A stretch of 64,000 nt of DNA, taken from contig JBBQED010000004.1 of NCBI GenBank assembly GCA_038320345.1, forward strand, positions 173,155-237,154. Reading direction: 5' to 3'. This document shows, one piece after another, positions 19,382-31,000 of the stretch. Positions within the stretch are counted from its first letter, which is position 1; each line of letters begins with the position of its first letter. The position numbers and the translations under genes are program-made. This DNA is from Bacteroidia bacterium. Its GTDB lineage: Bacteria; Bacteroidota; Bacteroidia; AKYH767-A; OLB10. The notes beneath the pieces are model-generated. The model was not told where the DNA came from and made no database searches. It was given only the letters and a program-made list of their open reading frames with translations.

Positions 19382-20351
19382 CAGCAGCTACAATAATTTC
19401 TTCTTGCTGTAGATTCATACATTTAAAATGTTTCTGAGGACATTTATCATATCCGATCTTTGAACAAGGTCGGCAAGAAAGTCCTTTGACTTCCATTATA
19501 ACTGACTGCTCTTTTTGCTGTGGGAGATAGGGATACATGCCGAACTCTGGAACAGTGTTTCCCCAAAGCGAAACTATAGGCTTCTTTAAGGCTGCGGCAA
19601 TATGCATTAATCCGGTATCATGAGAAATTACCAACTGTGATTGATCAAGAATTGATGCAGATTCACTAAGCTTAAATTCCCCGCAACTATTATAAACAAG
19701 ATTTCCTGCAAGCCTGACAATCTCCTCACCTTTTTCCTTGTCTTCCACTCCACCCACTAAAACGATAGGGAGGTTTAAGAGTGAAATTATTTTAGCCAAC
19801 TTTCCGGAAGGCATTATTTTAGTTGCATGTTTAGCTCCAATCACCATCGCAATAAATCCTTGCCGATGTGATTCAGGTAAGCGTTGCATATTCACTTTCT
19901 CATTCGCTGAAATAAAATAATCAAGACCCTTACTATCATTCTTGACTCCCAAGTGCGCTAATGTTTCTAAGTAACGATCAACAATATGTTTTGCTGGAAG
20001 TCGATTAATATTGAGTTGAACCAATAACCATTTTTCAAGATTTAACTTATTGAATGAATGAGCCTCAACTTTTAACTGTTGCTTTAAGCGAAGTGATCTT
20101 AAATTATGATGAAGGTCTATAATCTCCTCAAAATTCTCCTTTTGCAATTGAGGAAGAATTTCATCGATTTCTTTTTCTATAGTCCAGAGTTTATCGATGT
20201 AAGGATTATGTTGCAGTACCGATTGAAAAGAGTTCCTGGTAATAAAATGAACTTCGGCTCCTGCCACTTGCTGTTTCAAACAACGGATAAGCGTCGACGT
20301 TAGTACAATGTCGCCGATGGAACTGAAACGTATAATGAGAAATTTAGCCAC
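19362..20351 (-). CDS. Glycosyltransferase family 9 (ADP-heptose:LPS heptosyltransferase-like)
   Basis: MAKFLIIRFSSIGDIVLTSTLIRCLK (the GT9 N-terminal motif) ... GVEDKEKGEEI...ISHDTGLMHIAAALKKP. Its 3' end overlaps the convergent thioesterase gene by 20 bp. Confidence 0.85.
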   Translation of the reverse strand: MAKFLIIRFSSIGDIVLTSTLIRCLKQQVAGAEVHFITRNSFQSVLQHNPYIDKLWTIEKEIDEILPQLQKENFEEIIDLHHNLRSLRLKQQLKVEAHSFNKLNLEKWLLVQLNINRLPAKHIVDRYLETLAHLGVKNDSKGLDYFISANEKVNMQRLPESHRQGFIAMVIGAKHATKIMPSGKLAKIISLLNLPIVLVGGVEDKEKGEEIVRLAGNLVYNSCGEFKLSESASILDQSQLVISHDTGLMHIAAALKKPIVSLWGNTVPEFGMYPYLPQQKEQSVIMEVKGLSCRPCSKIGYDKCPQKHFKCMNLQQEEIIVAAVKRLLP

Positions 20352-20485
20352 TGGAATAATTAAGAGGCTAAAGATAATCAGTGCCGGAGAATAACAGGAG
20401 GATAGGTGCTCAGGAGTTTTGGTGTAAAGGAAATCAATCTAGCAGCTTCCGGTAAAGATCAGAGTTTCATTACTTTTGTGGTATT

Positions 20486-21253
20486 ATGCATTTGATTGAT
20501 ACCCATATTCACTTATATGCCGAAGAATACGATTTAGATCGTAAAGTACTGATAGAACAGGCTGTTGAAGCAGGCGTAAGTAGGTTTTTAATGCCCAATA
20601 TTGATACTACTTCAGAAGATGGCTTGCATTTGCTGGCTAAAGAATATCCAGGCGTTTGCATTCCTATGATGGGTCTTCATCCTTGTTATGTGAAGGAAAA
20701 TTATAAGGACGAACTGGAAAATGTTTACCGGCATTTGAAAATCGGAAACTATTGCGCCATTGGTGAAATCGGTATGGATAAATATTGGTCAATCGATTTT
20801 ATTATTCAGCAGGAAGAAGCATTAAGGCAACAATTAATCTGGTCACATGAATTGAATTTACCGGTGGCATTACATACTAGAAATGCAACGGAAGAAGTTG
20901 TCAATTTGATTCAAGACTTAAATTTAAAAGGATTGAAAGGAGTCTTTCATTGCTTCAGCGGAGATCTTAATAAGGCAGAGCAAATTACCGGAATGGGATT
21001 CCATTTAGGTATCGGAGGTGTGCTAACATTTAAAAATTCTGGACTCGATAAAGTAGTGGAAAAAATTGCAATTCAGCATTTAGTATTGGAGACCGATGGA
21101 CCGTATCTTGCTCCTGCTCCTTATCGAGGCAAAAGAAATGATCCTGCGTATATTAAATTAGTTGCAGAAAAAATGGCTCAGATCAAGAATATCAGTCTGG
21201 AAGAAGTTGCGGAAACAACTACAAAAAATGCTAAAGAACTATTTGCATTATGA
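20486..21253 (+). CDS. TatD-family metal-dependent hydrolase/DNase
   Basis: MHLIDTHIHL, ...GEIGMD..., ...ALHTRNA..., ...FHCFSG... and ...LETDGPYLAP... are the TatD signature residues. Confidence 0.9.
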   Translation: MHLIDTHIHLYAEEYDLDRKVLIEQAVEAGVSRFLMPNIDTTSEDGLHLLAKEYPGVCIPMMGLHPCYVKENYKDELENVYRHLKIGNYCAIGEIGMDKYWSIDFIIQQEEALRQQLIWSHELNLPVALHTRNATEEVVNLIQDLNLKGLKGVFHCFSGDLNKAEQITGMGFHLGIGGVLTFKNSGLDKVVEKIAIQHLVLETDGPYLAPAPYRGKRNDPAYIKLVAEKMAQIKNISLEEVAETTTKNAKELFAL

Positions 21254-22260
21254 AAAAAATTCTGATCATTTACACCGGTGGAACAATCGGGATGCAACAT
21301 AATAAGAATGGCGTTTTAAGTCCTTTTGATTTTGGGAAAGTAACAGAGCAGGTTCCGGAGTTAAAAGAGCTAGGATGTAAAATTTCACATCATGTTTTTA
21401 AAGAGCTCATCGATAGTTCTAATGTCACACCCGACTTTTGGGTGAAGCTGGCAAACACTATTAATAAAGAATACAGCAGGCACGATGGATTTATCATTTT
21501 GCATGGTACAGATACCATGGCTTATTCAGCATCTGCATTAAGTTTTATGCTGGAAAATTTAAACAAGCCTGTCATCTTCACCGGTTCTCAACTACCGCTT
21601 GGGGCTATCCGAACAGATGCAAAATTGAATTTACTTACTTCCGTAGAAATTGCTGCAGGAGACCTTACTATTCCGGAAGTTTGTATTTATTTCAACAACG
21701 AATTATTCAGAGGAAACCGTTCTGAAAAATTTACGGCTTCCAAGTTTGATGCATTTCATACCCTCAACTATCCTGCATTGGTTGAAGCTGGAACAGAACT
21801 TCAATACAATGAAGCGTATATTGAAAAAGGAAACAAAAAAAAACTGATTGTGCATACGCAACTCGATCCTAACATCGGACTTTTAAGAATATTTCCGGGC
21901 ATCACGAGTAATTGGTTGGAACATGCAGTAAGTGTTCCTGGTTTAAAGGCCCTTGTACTAGAGACCTATGGTAGTGGAAATGCCCCTACTGAGGAATGGT
22001 TCATTGAGCCGTTGAGAAAAGCTATCAAGAAAGGGCTGCTCATTGTTAATGTATCGCAATGCAGCGGCGGAAGGGTTGAAATGGGCAAATATGAAACGAG
22101 TCATCGCTTAAAGGAAATTGGCATAATTAGCGGGAGTGATCTCACTACTGAATCGGCAGTAACGAAATTGATGTATTTATTCGGTGAGTACGGCAATGAC
22201 CTTAAGAAAATCAAGAAGCTGGTTCAGAGTAATTTAAGAGGAGAAATGAACGAAAAGTAA
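21250..22260 (+). CDS. Type I L-asparaginase
   Basis: ILIIYTGGTIGM (the threonine active-site motif) and HGTDTMAYSASAL match asparaginase/glutaminase family signatures. Its start overlaps the TatD stop (ATGA). Confidence 0.85.
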   Translation: MKKILIIYTGGTIGMQHNKNGVLSPFDFGKVTEQVPELKELGCKISHHVFKELIDSSNVTPDFWVKLANTINKEYSRHDGFIILHGTDTMAYSASALSFMLENLNKPVIFTGSQLPLGAIRTDAKLNLLTSVEIAAGDLTIPEVCIYFNNELFRGNRSEKFTASKFDAFHTLNYPALVEAGTELQYNEAYIEKGNKKKLIVHTQLDPNIGLLRIFPGITSNWLEHAVSVPGLKALVLETYGSGNAPTEEWFIEPLRKAIKKGLLIVNVSQCSGGRVEMGKYETSHRLKEIGIISGSDLTTESAVTKLMYLFGEYGNDLKKIKKLVQSNLRGEMNEK

Positions 22261-22325
22261 GCGTTAAAGCTCATTCTTTTCAAACCAATATTAACGAGCC
22301 AAATAGGCTCTGCCCTTAAATTTTG

Positions 22326-22333
22326 TACCTTTG
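22326..22333 (+). promoter_or_regulatory. Candidate -7 box (tacctttgcac) ahead of tRNA-Ser
   Basis: tgtacctttgcaccc lies ~88 nt upstream of the mature tRNA 5' end, which would imply a processed leader. Confidence 0.35.
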
Positions 22334-22420
22334 CACCCTTCAAATTCAGTAGCCGCTGAAATTTCATTTCAGCAATTCCGGAATTTAATAGGAATAAAAT
22401 CCCGCTAAAAATTCATCTCC

Positions 22421-22508
22421 GGAGACGTGTCCGAGTGGCTGAAGGAGCACGCTTGGAAAGCGTGTGTACTCCAAAAGGGTACCGTGAGTTCGAATCTCAC
22501 CGTCTCCG
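22421..22508 (+). tRNA. tRNA-Ser (anticodon GGA), class II with a long variable arm
   Basis: GGAGACGTGTCCGAGTGGCTGAAGGAGCACGCTTGGAAAGCGTGTGTACTCCAAAAGGGTACCGTGAGTTCGAATCTCACCGTCTCCG. The acceptor stem is GGAGACG/CGTCTCC, the anticodon loop is CTTGGAAAG, and the extra arm plus T-arm GAGTTCGAATCTC are present. Confidence 0.9.
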
Positions 22509-22524
22509 CAAATCAAATCAATCA

Positions 22525-22552
22525 ATGCCCCCAACGGGGCATTTTTCATTTG
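22525..22552 (+). terminator. Rho-independent terminator after tRNA-Ser
   Basis: Stem atgcccc / ggggcat with a caac loop, followed by ttttcattt. Confidence 0.7.
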
Positions 22553-23178
22553 AAAATTTTCGCCGAGCTCGCTCGAGTGAAAATTCGAGAATGAAAATGA
22601 AAGTCGACGGCGTTGATAGGTTTGATTTAGCCCCCCTAAAGTGATTAGCGAAGTTACTCTCGTCGTAAACAACTTACCGTTGTACATTTTATTCCAAGAA
22701 TAATAACCTAGCTTAGCAATTCTGAAAATTGGTCTGAACAAATAATTATTAAGTATTTTAATACAAGAATTAAACTGCTCTCATTTCTAGATTTTCATTA
22801 TTCTGTTTCGAACCAATTCGCAACACCTCAAACTGCCGTTTGGGATTTAATTTGACAAGAGAACACAAATATTATCAGCGGAGCCGCAAATCAAAACACC
22901 GCACAGTTGGGAGCATGATACAAAGTTGGTTAGTAGATTGAATTTAGAACCACTTGTTGAACCATCGGGCAATACGGATATACCTTTTTAAATTCGCTTT
23001 TTAGAAATTTTGCCATCATAAATTTAACTTTTCGTTAAAATCGTATGAATTAAATCAACGACTCCTGTGAACTAATTTTTGACATTTAATAATTGTTTAC
23101 TTTGGCATTTCAATTGCACGCTGCCTCAGCGTTGCGATAGCTACCTTCTTCTTTCATCTTCCTCTTTATCGCTAAAAA

Positions 23179-24174
23179 ATGACTCCCTTATCATTTCTGC
23201 TAAAATATTTTCTGCTGCTCTTTTGCAGTCTTTTACTGTTACATACAGATTCTCCTTGTAGGGATTTAGGTACTAGTGAAACGATAATATTAAAACCAGA
23301 CACTTTATTTCCTAATGATTCTGAGGCTATCAAAATAAAACGCAAAGATCGGCCATGGAAATATGACTACACCTTAAATGATGGGCGGAGAATGGTGTAC
23401 TCTAAAGTAAAGCCGTTTGAATTTATTACTGATTTACCAAAAGACTTTATGAATTTTGGAAAATATTCTTTTCGGAAAAAAAGTCTGCCATGGTTAGCAG
23501 TAATTGCTGTAAGTACTGGTATTTTGATAAAGTATGATCAGCAAATTACCGATGGAGCTCAGAACTTATGTGATAGAAATAATTTTGCAAGAAAGAGCAG
23601 TTATCATGATATTTTCGCGCCCACAATTACCAATCAACCAGTGAGTATTATTAGCGCACCCAAAAATTTAAATACCGTTTTCTATACGCTAGGTCAAGGG
23701 TATCCTGCTCTAATTCTTGGTGGCGGATTATTGTATTATGGTTTACGCAATCATGATATTGGCGCAGTGAGTACTGCTAGTCAGCTTGCCGAAGCTTTTA
23801 TCGCAATGGGATTTACAACACAAGTGGTGAAACGAATTACTGGACGTGAGACGCCGCTGGAAGCTACAGCGCCAGGAGGTAAATGGGATCCCTTTCCTGC
23901 CTTCACAGATTATCAAAAACATACGCCTAAATACGATGCTTTTCCTTCTGGTCATTTAGCTACCGCAATTTGTGCAGTTACAATTCTTGCAGAAAATTAT
24001 CCCGATAAAAAATGGATTAAACCCGTTGGATATGCATTGAGTACACTCATTGCATGGTCGATGGTGAATAATGGTGTTCATTGGACTAGTGATTATCCGC
24101 TTGCCATTGGAATTGGATATGCTTTTGGAAAAGTAATTTCGATGAAGAGCAGGACTTTTGAGTTTACTCCCTAA
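23179..24174 (+). CDS. PAP2-superfamily (acid phosphatase/haloperoxidase-type) membrane phosphatase with a signal peptide
   Basis: Signal peptide MTPLSFLLKYFLLLFCSLLLL. The PAP2 motifs PSGH (FPSGHLATA) and SRxxxxxHxxxD-like (VNNGVHWTSDYPLAIGIGYAFG) are present. Confidence 0.65.
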   Translation: MTPLSFLLKYFLLLFCSLLLLHTDSPCRDLGTSETIILKPDTLFPNDSEAIKIKRKDRPWKYDYTLNDGRRMVYSKVKPFEFITDLPKDFMNFGKYSFRKKSLPWLAVIAVSTGILIKYDQQITDGAQNLCDRNNFARKSSYHDIFAPTITNQPVSIISAPKNLNTVFYTLGQGYPALILGGGLLYYGLRNHDIGAVSTASQLAEAFIAMGFTTQVVKRITGRETPLEATAPGGKWDPFPAFTDYQKHTPKYDAFPSGHLATAICAVTILAENYPDKKWIKPVGYALSTLIAWSMVNNGVHWTSDYPLAIGIGYAFGKVISMKSRTFEFTP

Positions 24175-24265
24175 AATTATTTTTGTTGAAATTTTACGAG
24201 TGTGTGAGTTGCATTTCTTGGAAGAAAAAGTAAACCCTTAGAAAGAGTAAAGAACCAAATTCTGC

Positions 24266-24661
24266 TTATTTCAGAAAAATACGAGCAGCGATCCATCCGA
24301 TAACACACCCAATACAATTCGCGAGAAAATCAACCCAGTCTCCTGTACGGTCGGGAAGAAAATAGCCTTGATATAATTCGATTAAACCGCCATAAGTTGC
24401 CGAAGAAAAAACTGCAAATGAATACTGATTGCGAGTTAATCTCCCCAATGGTGCCTTCTTAAATCCTCTTACTAATAGATAAACGAGAATTCCATAGAAA
24501 AAAAAGTGAACTACTTTATCCGGAGAAAATAAATCAAAAAAATCTGGGATATAAATTTGGGGAGCGGAAATGCTACTCAGGATAAAAATCAATAAGGCCC
24601 AGCTGATGCCGGGCCAGTTATTTTTCAGTAAAGAATTTTTATGTGATAACTCAGGCACCAA
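24266..24661 (-). CDS. VanZ-like family membrane protein
   Basis: Four predicted TM helices with the VanZ-like pattern (…[16 protein letters not shown]…[34 protein letters not shown]…). Confidence 0.55.
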   Translation of the reverse strand: MVPELSHKNSLLKNNWPGISWALLIFILSSISAPQIYIPDFFDLFSPDKVVHFFFYGILVYLLVRGFKKAPLGRLTRNQYSFAVFSSATYGGLIELYQGYFLPDRTGDWVDFLANCIGCVIGWIAARIFLK

Positions 24662-25031
24662 TCGCTGCGTTATACTGATCAGCAGTAAGTAAATTGCTCA
24701 CCTCCGATGCATCACTTATTTTAATTTTCACCATCCATCCATCACCATAAGGATCTTTATTTACAAGTTCTGGTTCTGCATCCAATTTAGGGTTGAGTTC
24801 CAAAACTTCTCCAGATAATGGCATAAATAAATCAGAAACTGTTTTTACTGCTTCCACCGTTCCAAAAACCGCTTCATGTGCGATCGTTTCTCCTACTGTT
24901 TCGATTTCAACATATACGATGTCGCCAAGTTCACTCTGTGCGAAATCAGTAATACCTACAGTTGCTATATCGCCTTCGAGGCGGATCCACTCATGTTCTT
25001 TGGTGTACTTTAGTTCAGATGGGATATTCAT
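24651..25031 (-). CDS. gcvH: Glycine cleavage system H protein
   Basis: The lipoyl-attachment context ...[24 protein letters not shown]... and ...[13 protein letters not shown]... are present in a typical 126-aa protein. Linkage to sprA is conserved in Bacteroidota. Confidence 0.95.
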   Translation of the reverse strand: MNIPSELKYTKEHEWIRLEGDIATVGITDFAQSELGDIVYVEIETVGETIAHEAVFGTVEAVKTVSDLFMPLSGEVLELNPKLDAEPELVNKDPYGDGWMVKIKISDASEVSNLLTADQYNAAIGA

Positions 25032-25067
25032 AAGAGATAATTTTTACGAAATTACTATAATTAATTA

Positions 25068-28000
25068 TTACTGGGAAAGGGAGAAACGAAGTTCGATACC
25101 GGCATTAATATTAGAGGTAGGGTACGACGTCGAAATAACTGGAGTGTTGATGGTTTGCTCATAGAACAACCTGATATTTACCCTGTCGCTCATGGCATAA
25201 TCTGCAGCTCCTTTTATCGAGTATACATTCAATCCTGCGGTTGGTTGATTGATGCCTTCGAGCAATCTGCGGATAATCGTCACATTTTTACGAGCACTGA
25301 AATCAGCCGTTAAATTTAAACTGTTTCCTGCTGCACCTCTCGTTCCTCCTAAACCGAATGGCAGAATGAACTTTGGAATACGGTATCCAAAACCAAATGT
25401 TATTTCATTGCCTTTGGTTTCTGTGATCTGAACTCCAGCATACGTTAAAGATACGTTGCGGTCTTTCTTGAATTCAATTCGCGTTTGGATATTATTTTTC
25501 CATGTAACGTCAACACCGATCAAAGGTGCAAACTGTTCCGTAAGACTTGCCTGTGCTATTTCTTTACCCGGAATAAAATTTCCTCCCACATCTCTTACTA
25601 CAGGAGTTTCGGCTTCCACATAGTTAGGATTACGCTGATAGGAATTAATATTAAAAGTTGAACGATAACTATGACTCAAACTAACATTATTAAAGATCCT
25701 TTTGAAGAGGGGTAACTTAGATAAACCGTCATAGGTAATTCTCCAGTTAGGCATCGGCGTTTTCAAGAATGGACTATTTCCCACTTTACCTGGAGACTTT
25801 CCAGTGTATGCCGACAAGAATGCCATCGTTAAAACTTCTTGCTGTGTTCCAGAATAACCATCGTTATATACGATTCCGAAGGTATCAGGAGCATTGAATC
25901 CCGACGAGTTTGGATTCTCCGCAGCAAGTCGTTCAGAGTATATTTTCCTATTCGTATTAAAGGTTTCAAACACTGAACTGGTGTAGTTGTTCTTATCATC
26001 TTTTACAAAAGCCGTATTCCAAGAGATCACAGAAATACTAAAATTCCCTGTTTGATTTATTCCTTGTGATTCGAATTTAGTTCCATTGTAACGGAAAAAT
26101 TCCGAATTGTTTTTGGCATAAGTACGATTTGCTGTGAGCTCAATTTTTAATCCAGTCAATGGCTCAATAGAACTTCTTGCGGTGAAATTCTCTGTGTAGG
26201 TTCGAGCATATTGACTATTCAAGCTGGTATCATTTGTGATCCAATTATTGAGTACCGCTTTTTCGCGTAGATCTTTCTGACTACCGAATGCAAATCCAAG
26301 TCCCGGTGAATTCTGATCCAGATCTTGACCTAATAGTTGTGAGTAATTACGATAACCCGGAAGAATAGTACCGTTAGTAGTGCTATAGGTAAATCCTACA
26401 GTTTTTACCGACATGATGAGCTTACCAACAAACCTTACTCCATCAGGAATGCCTTTAGGAGGTTTGATTACAGGAGGCGCTGGCTTCTTACCACCGGCAG
26501 TATCGGCAGGGGTTTTTGGAAGATCAGGCTTTGGTGTTTTTGGCTTAGGCGGTGGTGGTGGTTTTGGCGAATTGATTTTCTTTAAATAAGGCACCTTATT
26601 ATAAAGGGTCGTCATCGTAAAGTTTCCGTTCAGCGATTTGGTATTTGCATTTTGAATCGTACTTCCCGTTCGAGGATCTGTTCCAAAGGCATTCGTATTT
26701 TTATTCAATAGAAATTGCCCTGCGGTCCAGTTATAGGTGAAGCCGTATTTCGCGTTGAGCGAGATCCAATCGGTAAGGGGAAATTTATTCAACGGTAACT
26801 GATAACTCACATTACCTGCCTGTTGATATTGTTTATTCCTTCCGAGGAAATAATTCTTACCCCAAATATTACTGTTTACCGAATCACGTTCTCCACCGGT
26901 GTCAATTTTTCCTTCCGGTTCATCCACTACAGAATAATTGCTTGCATTAAAATCTACTTTTATAGAGCGCGTTAAATCATATTTAAAATCATAAATTCTC
27001 CGCATCTCAAAATTCTTGTTGTAGAATGTATCACGGATAATATCAGCAAACCCTGTATTATTCCGGAAGAGCTTCTCTCCGTAAGTTCTGGTAACATCAT
27101 AACGGAAATTCAGACTTGTTGGAATGAAGTTGATATTGAGATCTTTTACCGGACGTAAATATTTTGATTTCAAAGCCGGAGCTTTGCCAAATGGAGCGAT
27201 ATATTTCGGTGTAGTATTGTAATTATAACCCAATGCTCCATGATGCGTTTTAGTTACATCATATTCGATATTGATATCGCGATGAAACGTTTCATCATAT
27301 CCGTAAGTCAGGTTGAAGTTTTCAATATCATACACTTTAGGTTTACCTCCACCTACACGATTCTTCTTCACATTTGTGAAGTTGATACTCTTGTTACGAG
27401 TATAATCCTGACTTCGTCGCTTTATCTCTTTTTTATTTGAATTGCTATACGCATTATCAAGAGCAGTATTAAATGGAACATCCTGATCCAATGGATCGTA
27501 TTGAGGATTACTTACCACCGTTCCATAATTCACATACATGGGAATATCGAGAGCTGCTTTTTCTGGCAGGAACTTACCGAGATATAAAGAAGAAGTTACG
27601 TTGAAAGAAGTTTCATCACTCCGTCGGCGTTCACTCACCTTTTGTTCAATTGCTCCAAAGCCTACCGTTTTATGGGTACCCGCCACCGTTAGATTACCAA
27701 TATCTGCAAGTTTGGTAGTCACCCTTGAAGTTGCAGCCCATCCTCCTTTCTTATCAAAATTAGTTAAGCGCAATTCGTTCACCCATACTTCTCCACATTT
27801 TGCTGCGCCATCATCTGTTCCAGGATTCAAAGGATTCTGTTTAGGATTACGGATCCCAATCATGATAGTCCGAACATTACTCAATGAAGGATTTCCCTTG
27901 ATGGTAATTTTATTCAAACCTTCCGCTTCAGAATAGGAATTGGTGATGTTTAATGTACCTCCAGATAATCGTACAGCATCATTTCTTGAGAGCTTGAGAT

Positions 28001-31000
28001 TAACGAATTTATCAAGATCGAGCTCCAGCAAATTTTGTTCTGGCCAGATAATTTCCGGATCAGTAGTTCCCCATGGAGTTACTTTCAGCGGAATTTCGTA
28101 TTCGTAATAGTTTTCTGTAAAATCATTTCCTACCCTTACAAAAGCAGTGAGATCTCCGTCTTTCAATGCATCTTCCACTTCAGAAGCTTCAGCATGCACA
28201 AACATTTTTAATTTTTTATACGAACGCAAATCCAGTTGCAATGTTTTGAATGCACCACGCGCATCTCCATCTTCCAAATTACAAACGCTCAATGATAAAC
28301 TCTGCTCATTAATTTGTTGAAGATTGGTTGACCCTACATTTATTTCACGATCGATACCAGGAGGAATTACATAAGGGATAGGAGAACGATTTCCGTTTTC
28401 TTCAAGACTCACCGCAGAAACATCAAACGTGGTATTCGTACTTCCGCAACCCAAACATTCACCTGGAGTAAAGAGATCATAAGCATACTTCCTCCACTCA
28501 CCACGCAGGAACTCCAGCTTTGCAAAACGCAAAACCATAGGTTCCTGATAACCCGTCATGAACATCCTGATAAAACTGATCGTATTAAATCCTTCAATAT
28601 CTCCAAACTTTCTAATATTTGGATTAGTACCTTCTATATCACGAATTGGAATTTTAAACTGATACCATGTCACATCTTTTGTTGTACCATTCGCTAATTT
28701 CCATCCTACACGAGTAATTTTATCAACGATAAAGTTCTTGCCGATTTCCATTTGTGATGGATCGATATCCACTTGATATTCATAAAACTGCTCACTTGCC
28801 TCCTGATTAAAATCTTTGTTTACATCTTCAGCATCCGGTAATGTTGTAGATGCTGTTGAATAAGATTCTGGAGATTGTCCATCAGTAGGTGAGTTACCAT
28901 CTGGCTGACTGAAATTTTTATATCGATTGAGAATACTTACTTGTTGAGCATCATAATCAGAACCACGGTAGTAGTGATAGTTATCAGAAGAAGGATCAGC
29001 TTCGTACTGAGCATAAGCAGAAGGAGAAATATTCGCACTCAAATTGTTCAAGTATCCTGAATAAAAAGAGGCTTCATTACTATTTTTTAATCCATCTAAT
29101 CCTACATCTTGATACTGTCTTGCATTAGCATTATTATCGAAAGCATAAATAATTGGGGGTTGATTTTTTGGAACATAACCCCAAACGGTATTAGTAGAAA
29201 GAGTAGTATCTCCATCTGCAGGTAATCCATTTTCATATTCCAGTTTACCATCTTTCAAGATATCCTCTGAAATATTTCCCAGATCAAAATATAATTTACC
29301 ACCTGATGTTCCCGGATCCAACTTATCACTGTTAAAAGGATCCATTAACCAGAACTGAATGAATTCAATATTTGCGGCATCAAAATCTGTGGTTTCCACA
29401 CGACGCATAATACCACCCCAACGAGAGGCTGGACTATTTAAAAATCCATCCGCAGCAACTCCAGCCGAAATCCCGCCAATAGGTTGAACATCGAAGTTGT
29501 ACGGTCCGCGCTCTCTTGGATAATATGAAATATTGAACATCGGCAGAATTACTTTCTGTCCATTCAATCCTTGCTTATTCGGGAAAATTTCGTCTTCTGT
29601 AATTTGCCGCACTAACTCATTTGAGATATCATTAGTAGTGATATGACTCGGACGAATTCCTGACGATCCATTATAAAACAAAGGATCAATTCTGTACCAA
29701 GAAAGTTTAGAACGATTAAATCCATTCGCAAGTGTTGAACTATCTGCACCAGGAATCTGACTTGTAGGTGCTGAAGCTAAGGTCCATGATCCTACGTTGG
29801 TAAGATCAATTGTAGATTGGCTTCCTTCAAAATCGTCGATATATGCTGTACCTGCGCGACCAATTGCTTTGCTATTTCCCGGAATCAAACGTGCGTATTC
29901 ACCACTCACTGTAATATTCGAAGGTTCCTTCGTAGAAATGCCCGGGAGTTTATCTATGGCTCTTGTTAACCATCGTGAATCAGTTCTCCATGTTCCATCT
30001 ACACCTACCATCGTATTAGCAATTGGTTCATCACCAACATTCACTTTAGAAGTGATCGGTCGTTCATTCAAACGAAGTACTGTTCCTCCCAGCACCAGAT
30101 CTTTATTCACCACATAATCAAAGCGACTTCCTAAAAGTGTTTTCGATTGAATACTAAACAACGAATTACTTTCGAGCGCGATATTGATCGCAGTTCCTGA
30201 ATTCAAGATACTCTGATTGATAATTTTTACGCGACCCAGATTATAATCAACAGTATAATCTACATTCTCAACCAGAGGAGCACCACCTGCAGTTACTTTC
30301 ACAGATCCTTCAGGAATATTGATTGCATTCAGTGGAATATCAGACCCAAATTTGCTGATGTAACTTCCCTTCAAACTGAATTTATTTTTCTCAGGTTGTT
30401 GCAATGCAACGGTCTTTGTAGAATCGTACAAAACTTCATACACAAACTGATCGGCTTTCGCTTGATCAATAAATTGACTTCGCAAATAACTTCCAAAAGG
30501 CTCACGCACCGGGAAAATAATTCTACCATTGGAGCTATTGATCGTTACGCCTTCAATGAAATCATATTCACCATCCGGACGAGGATCATTATTTTGATTC
30601 AATTTATCCAAATTATAAACTCTATTCAGTGGCTTCGTATAGAGATTAGTTTCTGAAGATAAAAGTGGAAGGTAGTTTAAACGGTTACCGATGGTATCTA
30701 CGTAGTACATAACATCCAAACGAAAATCCTTTTTATCAATTTGAAAACCACCTAAAGCATAGATGTTTTTCATCATCAGATCCCAGGTAGGTAATTTGGT
30801 ATTCGTAATACGACCTTTCAGCATCTTTAGATAAAGCACGCTCGTAGGGTCGATACCTGAAGTGGTTAAGTCACCGACTTTATATACTTTATTGCCGATA
30901 GTATACTCGAATGCAACACCTAATACTTCGTTATTATTCAGCGCTTGATTGAGGGAGATATAACCTAAGCGAGGATTAAAAGTGTACTCAGTTGGGGCCA

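Noticed and set aside
20471-20478. tacttttg -7-like box 8 bp before the TatD start
   Set aside because: It is too close to the ATG to leave room for a transcription start and leader, unless the mRNA is leaderless. It is kept only as a remote possibility.
22385-22741. ORFs 22385-22741 (minus strand) and 22435-22644 (plus strand)
   Set aside because: Both run through tRNA-Ser and its terminator, so they are artefacts of the six-frame track.
22260-23178. Integrated mobile element at tRNA-Ser
   Set aside because: There is no integrase, no direct repeat of the tRNA 3' end and no GC shift. The stretch is only a long intergenic gap.
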